Shown here piece after piece: positions 31,801 through 45,058 of a stretch of DNA of 64,000 nucleotides. The stretch's first letter is position 1. Every line of letters begins with the position of its first letter. Position numbers and translations under genes: made by a program. A model generated the notes under the pieces. It saw only the letters and a program-made list of their open reading frames with translations. It made no database searches and had not been told where the DNA came from. Origin of the DNA: the human T2T-CHM13v2.0 reference genome, Homo sapiens; the NCBI RefSeq assembly GCF_009914755.1, contig NC_060932.1; one strand, given 5' to 3'.

Positions 31801-34800
31801 ATGAAAAATATCACAGGGAGGTGTACACCCCCTGCGATATTGGCAGTAATATCCTTCTCTCCCCGCTGGATATTAGGAACAATATCACAGGGAGGTGTAC
31901 CCCCCTGCCAAATTGGGAGTAATATCATCCTCTTGCCCCTGGATATTACAAACAATATCACAGAAGGGTGTACACCCCCTGCGATATTGGGAGTAATATC
32001 CTCTACCTTTCTGCATATTATGAACAATATCATACAGAAGTAATATCATTCTCTTCTCCCCTGCATATTATGAACAATATCACAGGGAGGTGTACCCCCC
32101 TGCCAAATTGGGAGTAATATCATCCTCTTGCCCCTGGATATTACAAACAATATCACAGAAGGGTGTACACCCCCTGCGATATTGGGAGTAATATCCTCTA
32201 CCTTTCTGCATATTACGAACAATATCATACAGAAGTAATATCATTCTCTTCTCCCCTGAATATTATGAACAGTATCACAGGGGGGTGTACACACCCTGCG
32301 ATAGGTGGAGTACTATTATCCTCTCTCCGCCTGGATATTATGAACATTATCACAGGGAAGCATGCACCTGTGTGTAATATCCTCTTCCCTTCTGAATATC
32401 ACAGGGAAGTCTGCACCTTCTGCAATATGAAGAGTAGTGTCATTTCCTCCAACGCCAATATTACAAACAATATCACAGGAAGGTGTACACCCTCTCTGAT
32501 ATGAGGTGTAATATCATCTTCTCCATACCGGAATATTACGAACAATATCGCAGAGGTGTGTATACCTTCTGCGATGTGGGGAGTAATATCATCTTCTCTT
32601 CCCCTGGATATTATGAACAATATCACAGACGTTGTAAACAGACGGTGTCTATGATATCGAAAAAAATATAATCTCCCCCCCCCCAATATTATGAACATTA
32701 TCACAGGGGCATGCACCCCCTCTGATATTGAGTAATATCATTTTCTTCTTTCCTGAATATTAAAAACAATATCACAGGGGAATGTACACCCCCTGTGATA
32801 TTGGGAGTAATATCATCCTCTTCCCCACTGGATATTAAAAACAATATCATAAAGGATGTACACCCCCTGTGATATTGGGAGTAATATCATCCTCTTTCTT
32901 CCTGGATATTACAAACAATATCACAGGGGGGTATACACCCCCTGCGATATTGAGAGTAATATCATCCTCACCCTACTGGGATATTATGAAAAATATCACA
33001 GGGGGATGTACACCTTCTGCGATATTGGGAGTAATATCATCCTTCTCCCACTTGGATATTACGAATAATATCACAAGGGGATGTACACAACCTGCGATAT
33101 AGGGAGTAATACCATCCTCTCCCCCTCCCCCAGAAACTACGAACAATATCACAGAAAGGTTCACACCGCCTGTGATATAGGGAGTAATGTCGTCCTCTGC
33201 CCCCTTGGATATTATGAACAATGTCACAGAGGGGTGTATACCACCTCGATATTGGGGTTAATATCATCCTCTCACCACCTGGATATTATGAATAATATGA
33301 CAGAAGGGTGTATACCCCCTGTGATATCAGGAGTAATGTCCTCCTCTCCCCTCCTGGATATTAGCAACAATATAACAGGTGCGTGTACTCCCCCTGCGAT
33401 ATTGGAAGTAATAACATTGTCTCCCACCCCCGGATATTACAAACAATATCACGAGGGGAGTGAAAACTGCCTGCGATATTGGGAGTAAGATCATACTCTC
33501 CACCCCTAAATATTATGAACAGTATCACAGAAGGGTGTACAATCCCTGCGATATTGGGAGTCACATCATCCTCTCCTCCTCTGAGTTTTACAAACAATAT
33601 CACAGGGTGGTGTACATACCTTGTGATATTGAGAGTAATGACGTTTTGTCCACCTCTGGATATTACGGACAATATCACAGGGCGGTGTACACCCCCTGCC
33701 ATGTTCGGAGTAATATAATCCTCTCCTATCCTGGATATTACAAACAATATCAAAGGAGGGTGAACACACCCTGCGATATTGGGAGTCATATCATCCTCTG
33801 CCATCCTAGATATAACGAAAAATATCATAGAAAATGTATAAAAAGGGTGTTTTCGATATTGGGAGAATATCCTCTCCCCCCTGGATATTACGAACATTAT
33901 CGCAGTGGGGTACACACCCCCTGCATTATGGGGAGTAATATCCTCTCCCCCCCGGATATTATGACCAATATTGCAGGGGTGAGTACATCCCCTGTGATGT
34001 GTGCAGTAATATAATTTTCTCTTCACTTGAATATTACGAACAATGTTGCAGGGGGCTGTACACGCCTGGCAATATGGGGAGTGACATCATCCCCTCCCCC
34101 CATGGATATTACAAACAATATCGCAGGGGTGTCTACACCCCCTGCAATATGGGGAGTAACATCATCCTCTGTTCCCGCCGTGATATTATGAACAATATCG
34201 CAGGGGCGGTGTAAATTCCTTGCGATATAAAGAGTAACATCATCCTCTCCCTACCTGGTTTTTAGGAACAATATCGCAGGGGGGTAACATCATCCTTTCC
34301 CTTTCTGGATATTACAAACAGTATCGCAGGTTGTTTATGGGAAGTAACATCATTCTCTATTCCCCTGGATATTACGGACAATATCTCAGGGTAGGGGTAC
34401 ACCCTATGTGATATTTAACATCACCCTCTTCTTCCCTGGATATTACAAGCAATAATGCGTGAGGGTGTACACCCTTTGAGATATGGGGAGTAACATCATC
34501 CTCTCCTGATCTGGACATTACAAACAATATCATAGGGACGTGTAAACCCACTGGGATATGGTGAGTAACATTAAAGTCTCCCCCACCAGATATTATGGAC
34601 AATATCGCTGGCGGGGTGGTGTATCTCCCTTGCAATGGGCGTATCCCCTATCAATGTCTGGGGTGGGGGAGTGGATGATATTACTTTTCAACATCACAGG
34701 GAGTGTACACCTCCCTGTGATAGAGTTCGTAATATCCAGAAGGGGAGAGGAAGAGATTACTCCCAATATCGATGTTACTCAATGTCGCAGTGGGTGTACA

Positions 34801-37800
34801 CCCTCTGATATTATTGTTGGTAATATCCAGGGGGGTGAAAATGATATTACTCAGAATATTGCAGAGGGTGTACACCCCCTGTTATATTGTTCGTAATTTT
34901 CAACAGGAAAGATCATATTAGTCCCAATATCGCAGGGGATGTACACTTCCCTGTAATATTGTTCTTAATACCCGGGGGGCGAAAGGACAATATTACTCCC
35001 AATGTCTTAAACACCGTGTGTGTACACCGCCCTGTAATAAAGTTCGTAATGACCAGGGGAAGGGAGAGGATGACATTACTCCCCATTTCGCATGAGGCTT
35101 ACACTCCTCTGTGATATTGTTCATAATCTCCAGGAGGAGAGAGGATGTTACCACTTCCAATATTGCTAAGGGTGTACACCCCCCTGTGATATTGTTCGTA
35201 ATTTCCAGGGGAAAGAGGATGATATTACCCCCAATAGCAGAGGGAGTGTACATCCCCCTAAGATATTCTTTGAAATATCCAAGGGGAAAAAAGATTATAT
35301 TACTCCCAATATCGCAGGGGTTTTACACCCCCCGTGATATTGTTTGTAATATTAAAGGGAAGAGAGGATAATATTACTTCCAATATTGCAAAGGGTGTAC
35401 TCCCAACTGTGATATTGTTTGATTACAGGTGTGGAGAGGATGATATTACACATGTTTGATTCAGGTGTGGAGAGGAAGATATTACTCCCAATACCATAGA
35501 GGGTATACACCCTTCTGTGATATTGTTCGTAATATCCAGGGGGGAAGAGTATAATATTACACTTAATATCGAAGGTGGTGTACACCCCCCTGTGATATTG
35601 TTCGTAATATCCAGAAAAAAGAGAGTAATATTATTCCCTATATCAAGTGGGTGTACACCCCGCTGTGATATTGTTCATAATATTCTTGACGGGAGAGGAT
35701 GCTATTACTCCACATATCTCAGGGGGTGTACATCCCCCTGTGGTATTGTTCGTACTTTCCAGGAAGAGAGAGGATGATATTACTCCCAACACTGTATGGG
35801 TGTACACTCCCCTGTGATATTGTTCACAATATCCAAAGGGGGAGAGGATAATATTACTCCCAATATCGCTATGGTTGTACACTCCCCTGTAATATTGTTC
35901 GTAATATCCAGGGGGAAAGAGAATGATATTACTCCCAATATCCCAAGGAGTGTACACCACTTTGTCATATTGTTCACAATATCCAGGTGGGGAGAGGATG
36001 CTGTTAGTCAACAATATCGCAGGGTGTGTACGCCTTCTTGTAATATCATTCCTAATATCCAGAAAGGAAGAAAATGATACTAATCCCAAATTCCAAGGGG
36101 TATACACCCCCCTGTGATATTGTTCTTAATAACCAGAGAGAGAGAGAATAATATTACTCTGAATATTGCAGGGGGTGTACACCCCCTTGTAATATTGTTC
36201 GTAATATCCAGGTGGAGAGATGATGATAATACTCGCAATATCCCATGGGGTGTACATGCCCCTGAGATATTTTTCGTAATATCCAGGGGCGGAAAGGATG
36301 ATAGTAATCCTAATATTGTAAACACGCTGTGTGAACACCCCCACCCCCCAGTGATATTGTTCATAATATCCAGAAAGGGGGAGGTTGATATTTCTGTCAA
36401 TATCACAGGAGTGGTTCACTCCCCTGTGATATTGTTGGTAATATCACGAGAGAGAGAATGATACTACTTCCAATACTGCAGGGTTGTTTGTAGTAATAAA
36501 AGATAGTACTCCCAATATCAAGGTGTTGTACACCCCCTTCTGATATTGTTCAGAATTTCTGAGGAGGAGAGGATGATATTACTCCCAATATTGCAGAGGG
36601 TGTACATCCCCCTGTGATGTTGTTCGTAATATCCAGGAAGGGAGAGAATGATATTACTCCCAATATCACAGGGGGTGTACACCCCCCGTTAATATTTTTC
36701 ATAATAAGCAGGTGTGGAGGGAGGAAGGTACTACTCCCAATTTCGCTGAAGGTATACACACCCCTGTGATATTGTTCATAATTTTCGGGGAAGGAGAGGA
36801 TGATATTACTCCCAATATTGCAAGGGGTGTACACCCCCCCCCCCGTAATATTGGTCTTACTATCCAGAAGGAAAGAGGATGACATTACTACCAATATTGC
36901 AGGGATTGTACACCCTCCTTTGATATTGTTCATAATATCCAGGGGGTAAGAAGATAATTATACTGCCAATATGGCAGGGGGTGTACACCCCCCTGTGATA
37001 TTGGGATGACTCTATATCGCACAAGGTGTAGTCCCCCCTGTGATGTTGTTCGTAATATCCAGGGAAAAACAGGATTATATTACTCTTAATGTATCAGGGA
37101 GTGTACACCCTCCTGTGATATTGTTCATAATATTCACAATGGTAGAGGATATTACTCCCAATATCGCAGGGGGTGTAAACCCCCCTGTGATATTGTTTGT
37201 AATATCCAGGGGGAGTGAGTATGATATTACTCCTAATATCGCAGGGGGTGTACACCCCCCGGGATATTGTTTCCAATTTCCACAAGGGGAGAGGATGATA
37301 TTACTCCCAGTATCGCAGAAGGTGTACACCACCCTGTGATATTGTTCATAATATCCAGAGGGAAAGAAGATGATATCACCACCAATATTCCAGGGAGTGT
37401 ACACCCACCTGTGATATTGTTCATAATATTCAGGAGGGGAGAGGATGATTTTGTGCCCTATACCCCAGGGGGTGTACACCCACCTAAGATATTGTTTGTA
37501 ATTTCCAGGAGGGGAGAGGATGATATTACTTTCCATATCGCTGGGGGTGTACACCCCCAAGCGATATTGTGCATAATGTTTAGGCGGGGATAGGATAATG
37601 TTAATCCTCATATCAAAAAGGTTGTAAACCTCCTTGTGATATTGTTCGTAATATCTGGGGAGGGGGAGGATAATGTTACTCTTTATATCACAGGAAAAGT
37701 ATACCCCCCCTGCGATATTGCCCGTAATATACAGGGAAAGAGAAGGTGATGTTACTCCCCATATTGCTGTGGGTGTACACACCCCCGGGATATTTTCAGT

Positions 37801-40800
37801 AATAACCAGGGGGCAAGAGAATGATGTTACTTTCCATATCGCAGGCAATATACATTCCACTGCGATATTGTTCCTAATATCCAGAAAGGGAAAGGATGAT
37901 ATTACTCCCCATATCAAAGGGGTATACACATCCTTGTGATATTATTTGTAATATCCACGGGGAAAGGAGATAATGTTACCACCCATATTGCTGGGCATGT
38001 ACACCCCTCGCGATATTGTTCATAATATTTAGGGGGAGAGAAAATAATATTACTCCCGATATTGCAGGGGTGCACACACCACTGCCATATTGTTCGTAAT
38101 ATCCAGGAGGAGAGGATGATATTACTCCCCATATCGCAGAGCGTGTACACCCTACTGCGATATTGTTTGTAATATCCGTGGGGGAGATGATATTACTCCC
38201 AATGTCGTAAAACATCTTGTGTGTACATCCTCTGTGATACTGTTCATAATATCCGAGGTGGCAGAGGGTGATGTTACTCCCAATATTGCAGGAGCACAGC
38301 CCCCCCACCCCCGTGATATTGTTTATAATTTTCAGGGGGGAGGATGATATTATTCCCAATATCGCAGGGGTGTACACTCTCCGTGATATTGTGTATAATA
38401 TCCACGGGGGGAGACAATGATATTACTTCCAATATCGCAGGGGGTTGTATACCCCTCGTGATATTGTTCATAATATCCAGGGAGGTGAGAAGATAATATT
38501 ACTCTCAATATTGCAGAGGGTGTACACCATTCTGTAATAGAGTTCGTAATATTCAGGGGAGGGAAGGATGATATTACCCCCAATATCACAGGGGGTGTAC
38601 ACGTCCCTTGTGATACTGTTTCTAATATCCAAATGGGGGAGACGATGATATTACTGTCAATATCGCAGGTGGCGTTTACTTCCCCCGTCATATTGTTCCT
38701 AACATCCAGAGGGGGAGAGGATGATATTACTCCCAATATCGCAGGGGGCGCACACCCCTCCTGTGATATTGTTCCTAATATCCAGGTGGCAGAAGATGAT
38801 ATTACTCCCAATATGGCAGGGAGTGTACATTTCTTCGTGATATAGTTCCTAAAAACCATAGAGTGAGAGGATAATATTACTCCCAATGTCGCAGGGGGTG
38901 TACACTCCCCCTGTTGTATTGTTCCTAATATTCGGGGCGGGGGGAAGGATAATATTTCTCCCAATATAGCAGGCGGTGTACACCGCCCCTTGTGATATTG
39001 TTCCTAATATCCAAAAGGGAAGACGATGATATTACTGTCAATACTGCAGAGGGTGTACACCCCCTCTGTAATATTGTTCCTAATATCCAGGTTGGTAGAG
39101 GGTGATATGATGCCCAATATCACAGAGGGGGCACACTCCCTTTGTGATATAGCTCCTAATATCCAGCGGAGAGAAGATGTTCTTACTCCCAATATCGCAG
39201 AGAGTGTACACCCCCATGAAATATTGTCCCTAATATCCAGGGGGAAAAAGGATAACATTACTCCCAATAGCGCAGGGAGTGTACACCCTTCCTGTGATAT
39301 TGTTTCTAATATACAGGGGGAAATAGAATGATATTACTCCCAATAGCTCAGGGGGTGTACACCCTACTTGTGATACTGTTTCTACTATCCAGGGGGAAGA
39401 AGATAATATTACTCCCAATATCACAGGAGGTGTACACACACCCCCGTGATATTGTTCCAAATATCCAGAGTGGGGGAGGATGATATTACTTCCAATATCG
39501 CAAAGGCTGTGCACCCCCCTGTGATACTGTCTGTAATACCCAGGGTGGAGAGGATGATATTTCTTCCCATATCGCAGGGTGTATATATACCCTGTAATAT
39601 TGTCCGTAACATCAAGGGGTGGAGAGGATGATACTATTCTCCATATCACAGTGTGTACATCCCGCTGCGATACTGTCCATATCTCCTATGGGGGAAGAGG
39701 ATGATATTACTCCTCCAATCACAGGGGGTGTACACCCCCGTGTAATATTGTCCGTAACATCCGGGGGGAGGGGATGATATTACTTCCCATATTGCAGGGG
39801 GTGTTCCCGCCCCTGTGAAATTATCCGTAACATCCAGAGGGTGAGGGGATGATATTACTCCCCATATCGCAGGAAGTGTAAAACCCCGTGTGATATTGTC
39901 CATAACATCCGGGGGGAAGAGGATGACATTACTCCCTATATCGCAGGAGGTGTACACCTTCCTGTAATATTGTCCTTAACATCCAAGAGGAGAGAGGATG
40001 ATGTTACTCCTCATATTCCAGCGGGTGTACAGTCCCCTGCGATATTGTCCTAAATATCAAGAAAGGGAGAGGATGAAGTTACTCCTCATACCGCAGCGGG
40101 GTGTACATATCCGTAATATCCAGGGTTGGGGGGAGGATGATGTTACTCTCCATATCGCAGAAGGTGTAAACTCTCTGGCAGTATTGTCTGCAATATCCAA
40201 AAGGGAGAGGATGATGTTTCTCACTATATCCCAGTGGGTGTACACCCCGCTACGATATTGTTTGTGATATCCATAAGAGGAGAGGATTATGTTACTCCCC
40301 ATATCGCGGGGGGTGTATGCAATATTGTTTGTAATATCCAGGGAGGGAGAGGATGATGCATATCCCCATAACGCAAAGGGTGTACACACCCCCTGCGATA
40401 TTATCCGTAATATCCAGGGAGGGAGAGGATGATGTTACTCCCCATATCGCAGGGTATGTACACCTCCCTGTGATATTGTTCGTAATATTCAGGGGGAGAG
40501 AAAATGATATTACTCCACATATCCGAGGGGATGTACACACCCTGCAATATTGTTCGTAATATCCAGTGAGAGAGAGGATGATATTACTCCCCATACTGCA
40601 GGGGGTGTACAACCTACCGTGATATTGTTCATAATATCTGGGGAGGAAAATGATATTACTCCCAATATCGTAAACATCCTTAGTGTACATTTTCTGTGAT
40701 ATTGTTCATAATATCCAGGGTGGCAGAGGATATTACTCCCAATATCGCAGGGTGTGTACACCCTCCTTTGATATTGTTGGTAATATCTAGGGGAGGAGAG

Positions 40801-40954
40801 GATGATATTACTCTGAATATGGCAGGGGATATAACCCCCTGTTACATTGTTCATAATATTCAGGGAGTGGGAGAAGATGATAGTACCGACAATATCGCAG
40901 CAAGTGTATACTCCTCTGTTATATTGTTTATAATTTTCAGGGGGCGGGGAGAGG
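25896..40954. repeat. SATR1/SATR2-type satellite array, ~70-bp monomer, ~15 kb
   Basis: Roughly 200 diverged tandem copies of GGATGATATTACTCCCAATATCGCAGGGGGTGTACACCCCCTGTGATATTGTTCCTAATATCCAGGGGGGAGA; orientation is reversed over ~29400-34630. Family name is from recall. Confidence 0.9.
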
Positions 40955-41131
40955 TTTTTTTTTTAAACCATCAGATCTCATGAGACTCATTAACTATCAC
41001 GAGAACAGTGAAGGAAAGGCCCACCCCCATAATTCAGTCAACTCGCACTCGGTTCTTCCCATGACATATGGGAATTGTGGGAGTTAAAATTCAAAATGAG
41101 ATTTGGGTGGAGACACAGCCAAACCATATTC
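40955..41131 (-). mobile_element. THE1A/B solo LTR, second half
   Basis: TTTTAAACCATCAGATCTCATGAGACT...GAGATTTGGGTGGAGACACAGCCAAACCATAT; followed by GGTGT (41132-41136). Confidence 0.92.
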
Positions 41132-41382
41132 GGTGTCAATTTACTTAGGAATTTAATTAAAATTTCTAAGTTTAAACGTTAGAGAAAATTTAGCGTAGAT
41201 AAGAGGTTTCATTAGCAATCATGACAGTAAATTCCATAAGAGAAATACACGTAGCTTATTTTTAATTTTTCCTGACTGCTAAGTGGAGTAAGTTCTGTAA
41301 GAAAATATATCAAGATTATTGTGAAAAAATAATAGTTAATATAGTCTTTCTGCAAGGATTTAGAATAGAAAACGGGTATTAT

Positions 41383-41510
41383 ATTTATTATTTGACAAGT
41401 TAACAAGATTTGAGGTGTCACTATATTCAAGACATTGTTTTCCATGCCGAAGATAAAGCAGTAAACAAAATAGACGAAATATCTTGCTCTCAATTTTATG
41501 TTTTATTGTT
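41383..41510 (-). mobile_element. L2 3' fragment
   Basis: atttattatttgacaag...cactatattcaagacattgtt...gataaagcagtaaacaaaatagac. Confidence 0.55.
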
Positions 41511-44150
41511 TATAGACCTATGAAAACTTCTCCAAGAAGGAACAGAAATATAAATACTTATCGTCGCATAGAAGATAATATACATATATATGTAAATAAG
41601 ACAGGGTTAAAATATCAGGGAACAGTGGGGCCTATGTGAGCTGAAGTGCTCATACCAGCCCAGAGGTTTGGGGCTTCATTTCCTTAAATCATAGAACCAG
41701 CCAACCAAATGTGTCTGCTACTTACAGTGACACAGATTTCACTCTTTTCCTATCATCTCAAAGAGACTTTAAGCAATCTATATTCTAGTCTTTGTTCATG
41801 TTTGAATACCCACTGCAATGTATACTACAAGGGGTCAATCAAAATTAGTTTCAATCCTTCCAGGGTTGGGAATCTCAGTCCTTGCCACTCGTTCTGCTTG
41901 GCCCTTACCTTATGCATAGATCTGTCACTTGAGTTTGTTTGTGTCTGCTCAAACTCAAATATGTCTGAAACCAAATCACCTCAATATCAACTTCAAAGCA
42001 ATGAATTAACGAGCATTTCCTAATAATGTTTATGTATTATTCCAAGGATAACCAGAGAAGTGTAAAATACACAGATGCATGGACAGGACTGACACTGCTG
42101 AAAAGTAATAAGTAACTGCTAGAGACTCTGTAGAAATTAACATAATTTAAAATTAGGATTAAGAGATAACATCTATAAAGTTGGTAGAAATGTGAAGCAG
42201 TGTTTATTTCAATGAACAAGTTTACACACCTAATCAAATTAGTTTAGTATCTCCTCACTGTTTATATTCTAACATTTTTTCAAAAATTCATATTATTTCT
42301 TTCATATTAATGATTAAACATAACATATATGTATGCTTGTTTATTTTATGTTGCAAAAATAATGACAGGTTAAGTGTAGGAAATTTAGAGACACAGAAAA
42401 GCTCACAAAGGAAGACAAAAATTACAAATAAGCCTTTGTCAAGTAATAGCCACTGTTAGTATTTTCTTTATTAAATATTCAATTTGCATGTAGAAATATT
42501 TATGATATATTTTGTGCTACAAGTACAACACAGGTTTATGGATTGATAATGTATAATTTACCATGCACTAAAAATTCAGTTAATTTCTCCATAACCTCTA
42601 AGAGTCTTCAGAGTTTATTATTATGCCTCTCTAGTAAAAATACTTAAAAATTTTTAAACTATGTGTATTTTAATGCTGCCTAAATAAAGTCAGGAAGTAA
42701 ATGTATCCAGTTTATTAAAATGATCACTTTTAATGTATTATATTTTCAAAAAGGAATTTGTTTATATTTCCTATAATAAATACCCAACAACAACATTTTG
42801 AACCAACATTTTATCCTATAATAATGCAATTGAAAAAATCCCTACTTAACACTATTTACAACACGTAAGTTACTAAAATAGAGACACTGTTTTGTATGCA
42901 GAAAATAAATAATTTTGAGTTCTCCATTGCATAACAGATAACAGATAGAAGTTTTTAAAGAAAATTGAAAAATAAAAAATCTAGCTGAATATTACTGAGT
43001 CAAAAGTCCCTCAATGTGCTATTCAGAATGCAAAACGATTTATTATAACTGATAACATTTCCTTATAACTATGCATCTCAAATAAGACCAGGGAAAAACA
43101 AACTTGCTATTTGTTTTCTAGCTCTTTTCAGTTGAAATGACTTACTTTCTCTTTATAGTGGATTTTTCAGGTAAATGCTCAATCTTTGATTATCCTTATT
43201 TCTTTTCCATATAGCATCTGGAAACATAAGGAGCTTATGAAGTCCTTGCAGCAGAGTTGAAGGAGCCTCAGATGTGATTGGAGGTCATTGGGAAACACTG
43301 TGGGTCTTCTCTGTCTGGCCTTGAAGGTACGAGCATTACTATTACTTGTCTGTCTAGCCAAATCTTTCCTTGTCAATGTTGGCAGCCTGCCTCTCCCTTT
43401 TCTTGCTCTCTCTCTCTCTCTCTTTCCTCAGTCAGGACTTGGGGGTCCTCCCAACTGACTCAACCTCACTACTTTTTTCCTGGTGTTGCACATTTTACCA
43501 AAGCCTGGCTCTCATTTAGTTTCCAGCCTGCCTAGTTCACTTTCAACCTTTACCCCTGATCTGTGTTCTGGATGAATCAACCAGACAACTCCATCACCAG
43601 CATATACCTCCTTCTGACTCTTGAGAGGTGGACCCTTTGCCAGGCAATGTTTTCTGTGGCTCTCAGTGGGAACTGTAGCAAAACTCCCTAAGCTTTTAGT
43701 TCTCCCCTTTAGGTATCCACTGAATCTCTTCCAGTGGGAACTTTGGCAAGGCCAGGGAGGTTAAGATATACTTTCTCATTCCCTTTCTTCTCTCCATAAA
43801 TTTGTCAAGTCAGGGCCTTTTTCATCTCTTTCTGTCTGTTTTTACACACTTCTACTTGCTGAAGTGGCATTTTTCAACTTCTTGGGGACAATGATGGACT
43901 ACATAGAGCAGAGGGAGACAGGCTGATTGATACTTAAGGAATAAAGTGTTACAAAGCATATTATGCCTTTTACATCAACCTGCTGTAATATGAATTGATA
44001 AAACAAGGCAAGAAATAATTCTGGTTAACCACCCAAACATTTGTCAATATATCACAATTTCAATAAACTTTCATCTCTTTTAGTTTCATTTAGCGAGCTT
44101 TTAGTTATCTAAATGGATTGCACATTGCAAAGTATTCATTGCAATATATT

Positions 44151-44313
44151 GTTTATCCTATTTGTTAATGCCAGCTTATTTTTCGTCTCTGTGTATACAA
44201 CATGCATTCTCAGGAACAGAGATTTTACATATCACAGTAAATCTAAGAACCTTGGCTCCTAAAACAATGTTCAGAGACCATAGACACTAAATTATTTATG
44301 GAAGAAGTAAATA
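44151..44313 (+). mobile_element. L2-like 3' end (locally duplicated at 45837-46002)
   Basis: attctcaggaacagagatttt...cctaaaacaatgttcagagaccatagacactaaattatttatggaagaagtaaataa. Confidence 0.5.
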
Positions 44314-44720
44314 AGCTGAGAATATTTGTAGAACCATTCCAACATGAGATTTTTACAGTAAGAAAGAAAAATGATTAATCTGGAACTTGTATTCTCCTTC
44401 AAAATGTTCTGAATTAATGTGTCTTAAAAGACTGAAAGTATCCTGTTAACATCCAGCAGCAGCCTCCTTCAGAACATTGAAAACCTGAATAAATTCAACA
44501 TATAAATGCTACAAGACATGTCCATCAAGCTGTCTTTAGGGTAGCTATTGCTCTGAGACCTTTTATTCATTTGCAAAATTTAACTATTTATTTAGGTATT
44601 GTTCTTGGATTATGAATAAGGACTCAAATGGAAATTAGTTATTATTATTTATAGAGAAAAATTATTTACATGTTTATTTGTATTCTCATCCTAACATGGT
44701 GACCAATGCATAGTACATAG

Positions 44721-45058
<338 letters not shown>

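Noticed and set aside
25896-40954. CRISPR-like appearance (palindromic ~36-bp repeat plus ~34-bp spacer)
   Set aside because: The 'spacers' are homologous to each other rather than unique, the repeats are degenerate, no cas genes are present, and the context is primate.
25872-40983. About 100 overlapping ORFs up to 284 aa (VYTPCDIGSNIILS / CTPPAILGVISSS repeats)
   Set aside because: These are translations of the satellite monomer in several frames on both strands, with frequent frameshifts and stops and no gene structure.
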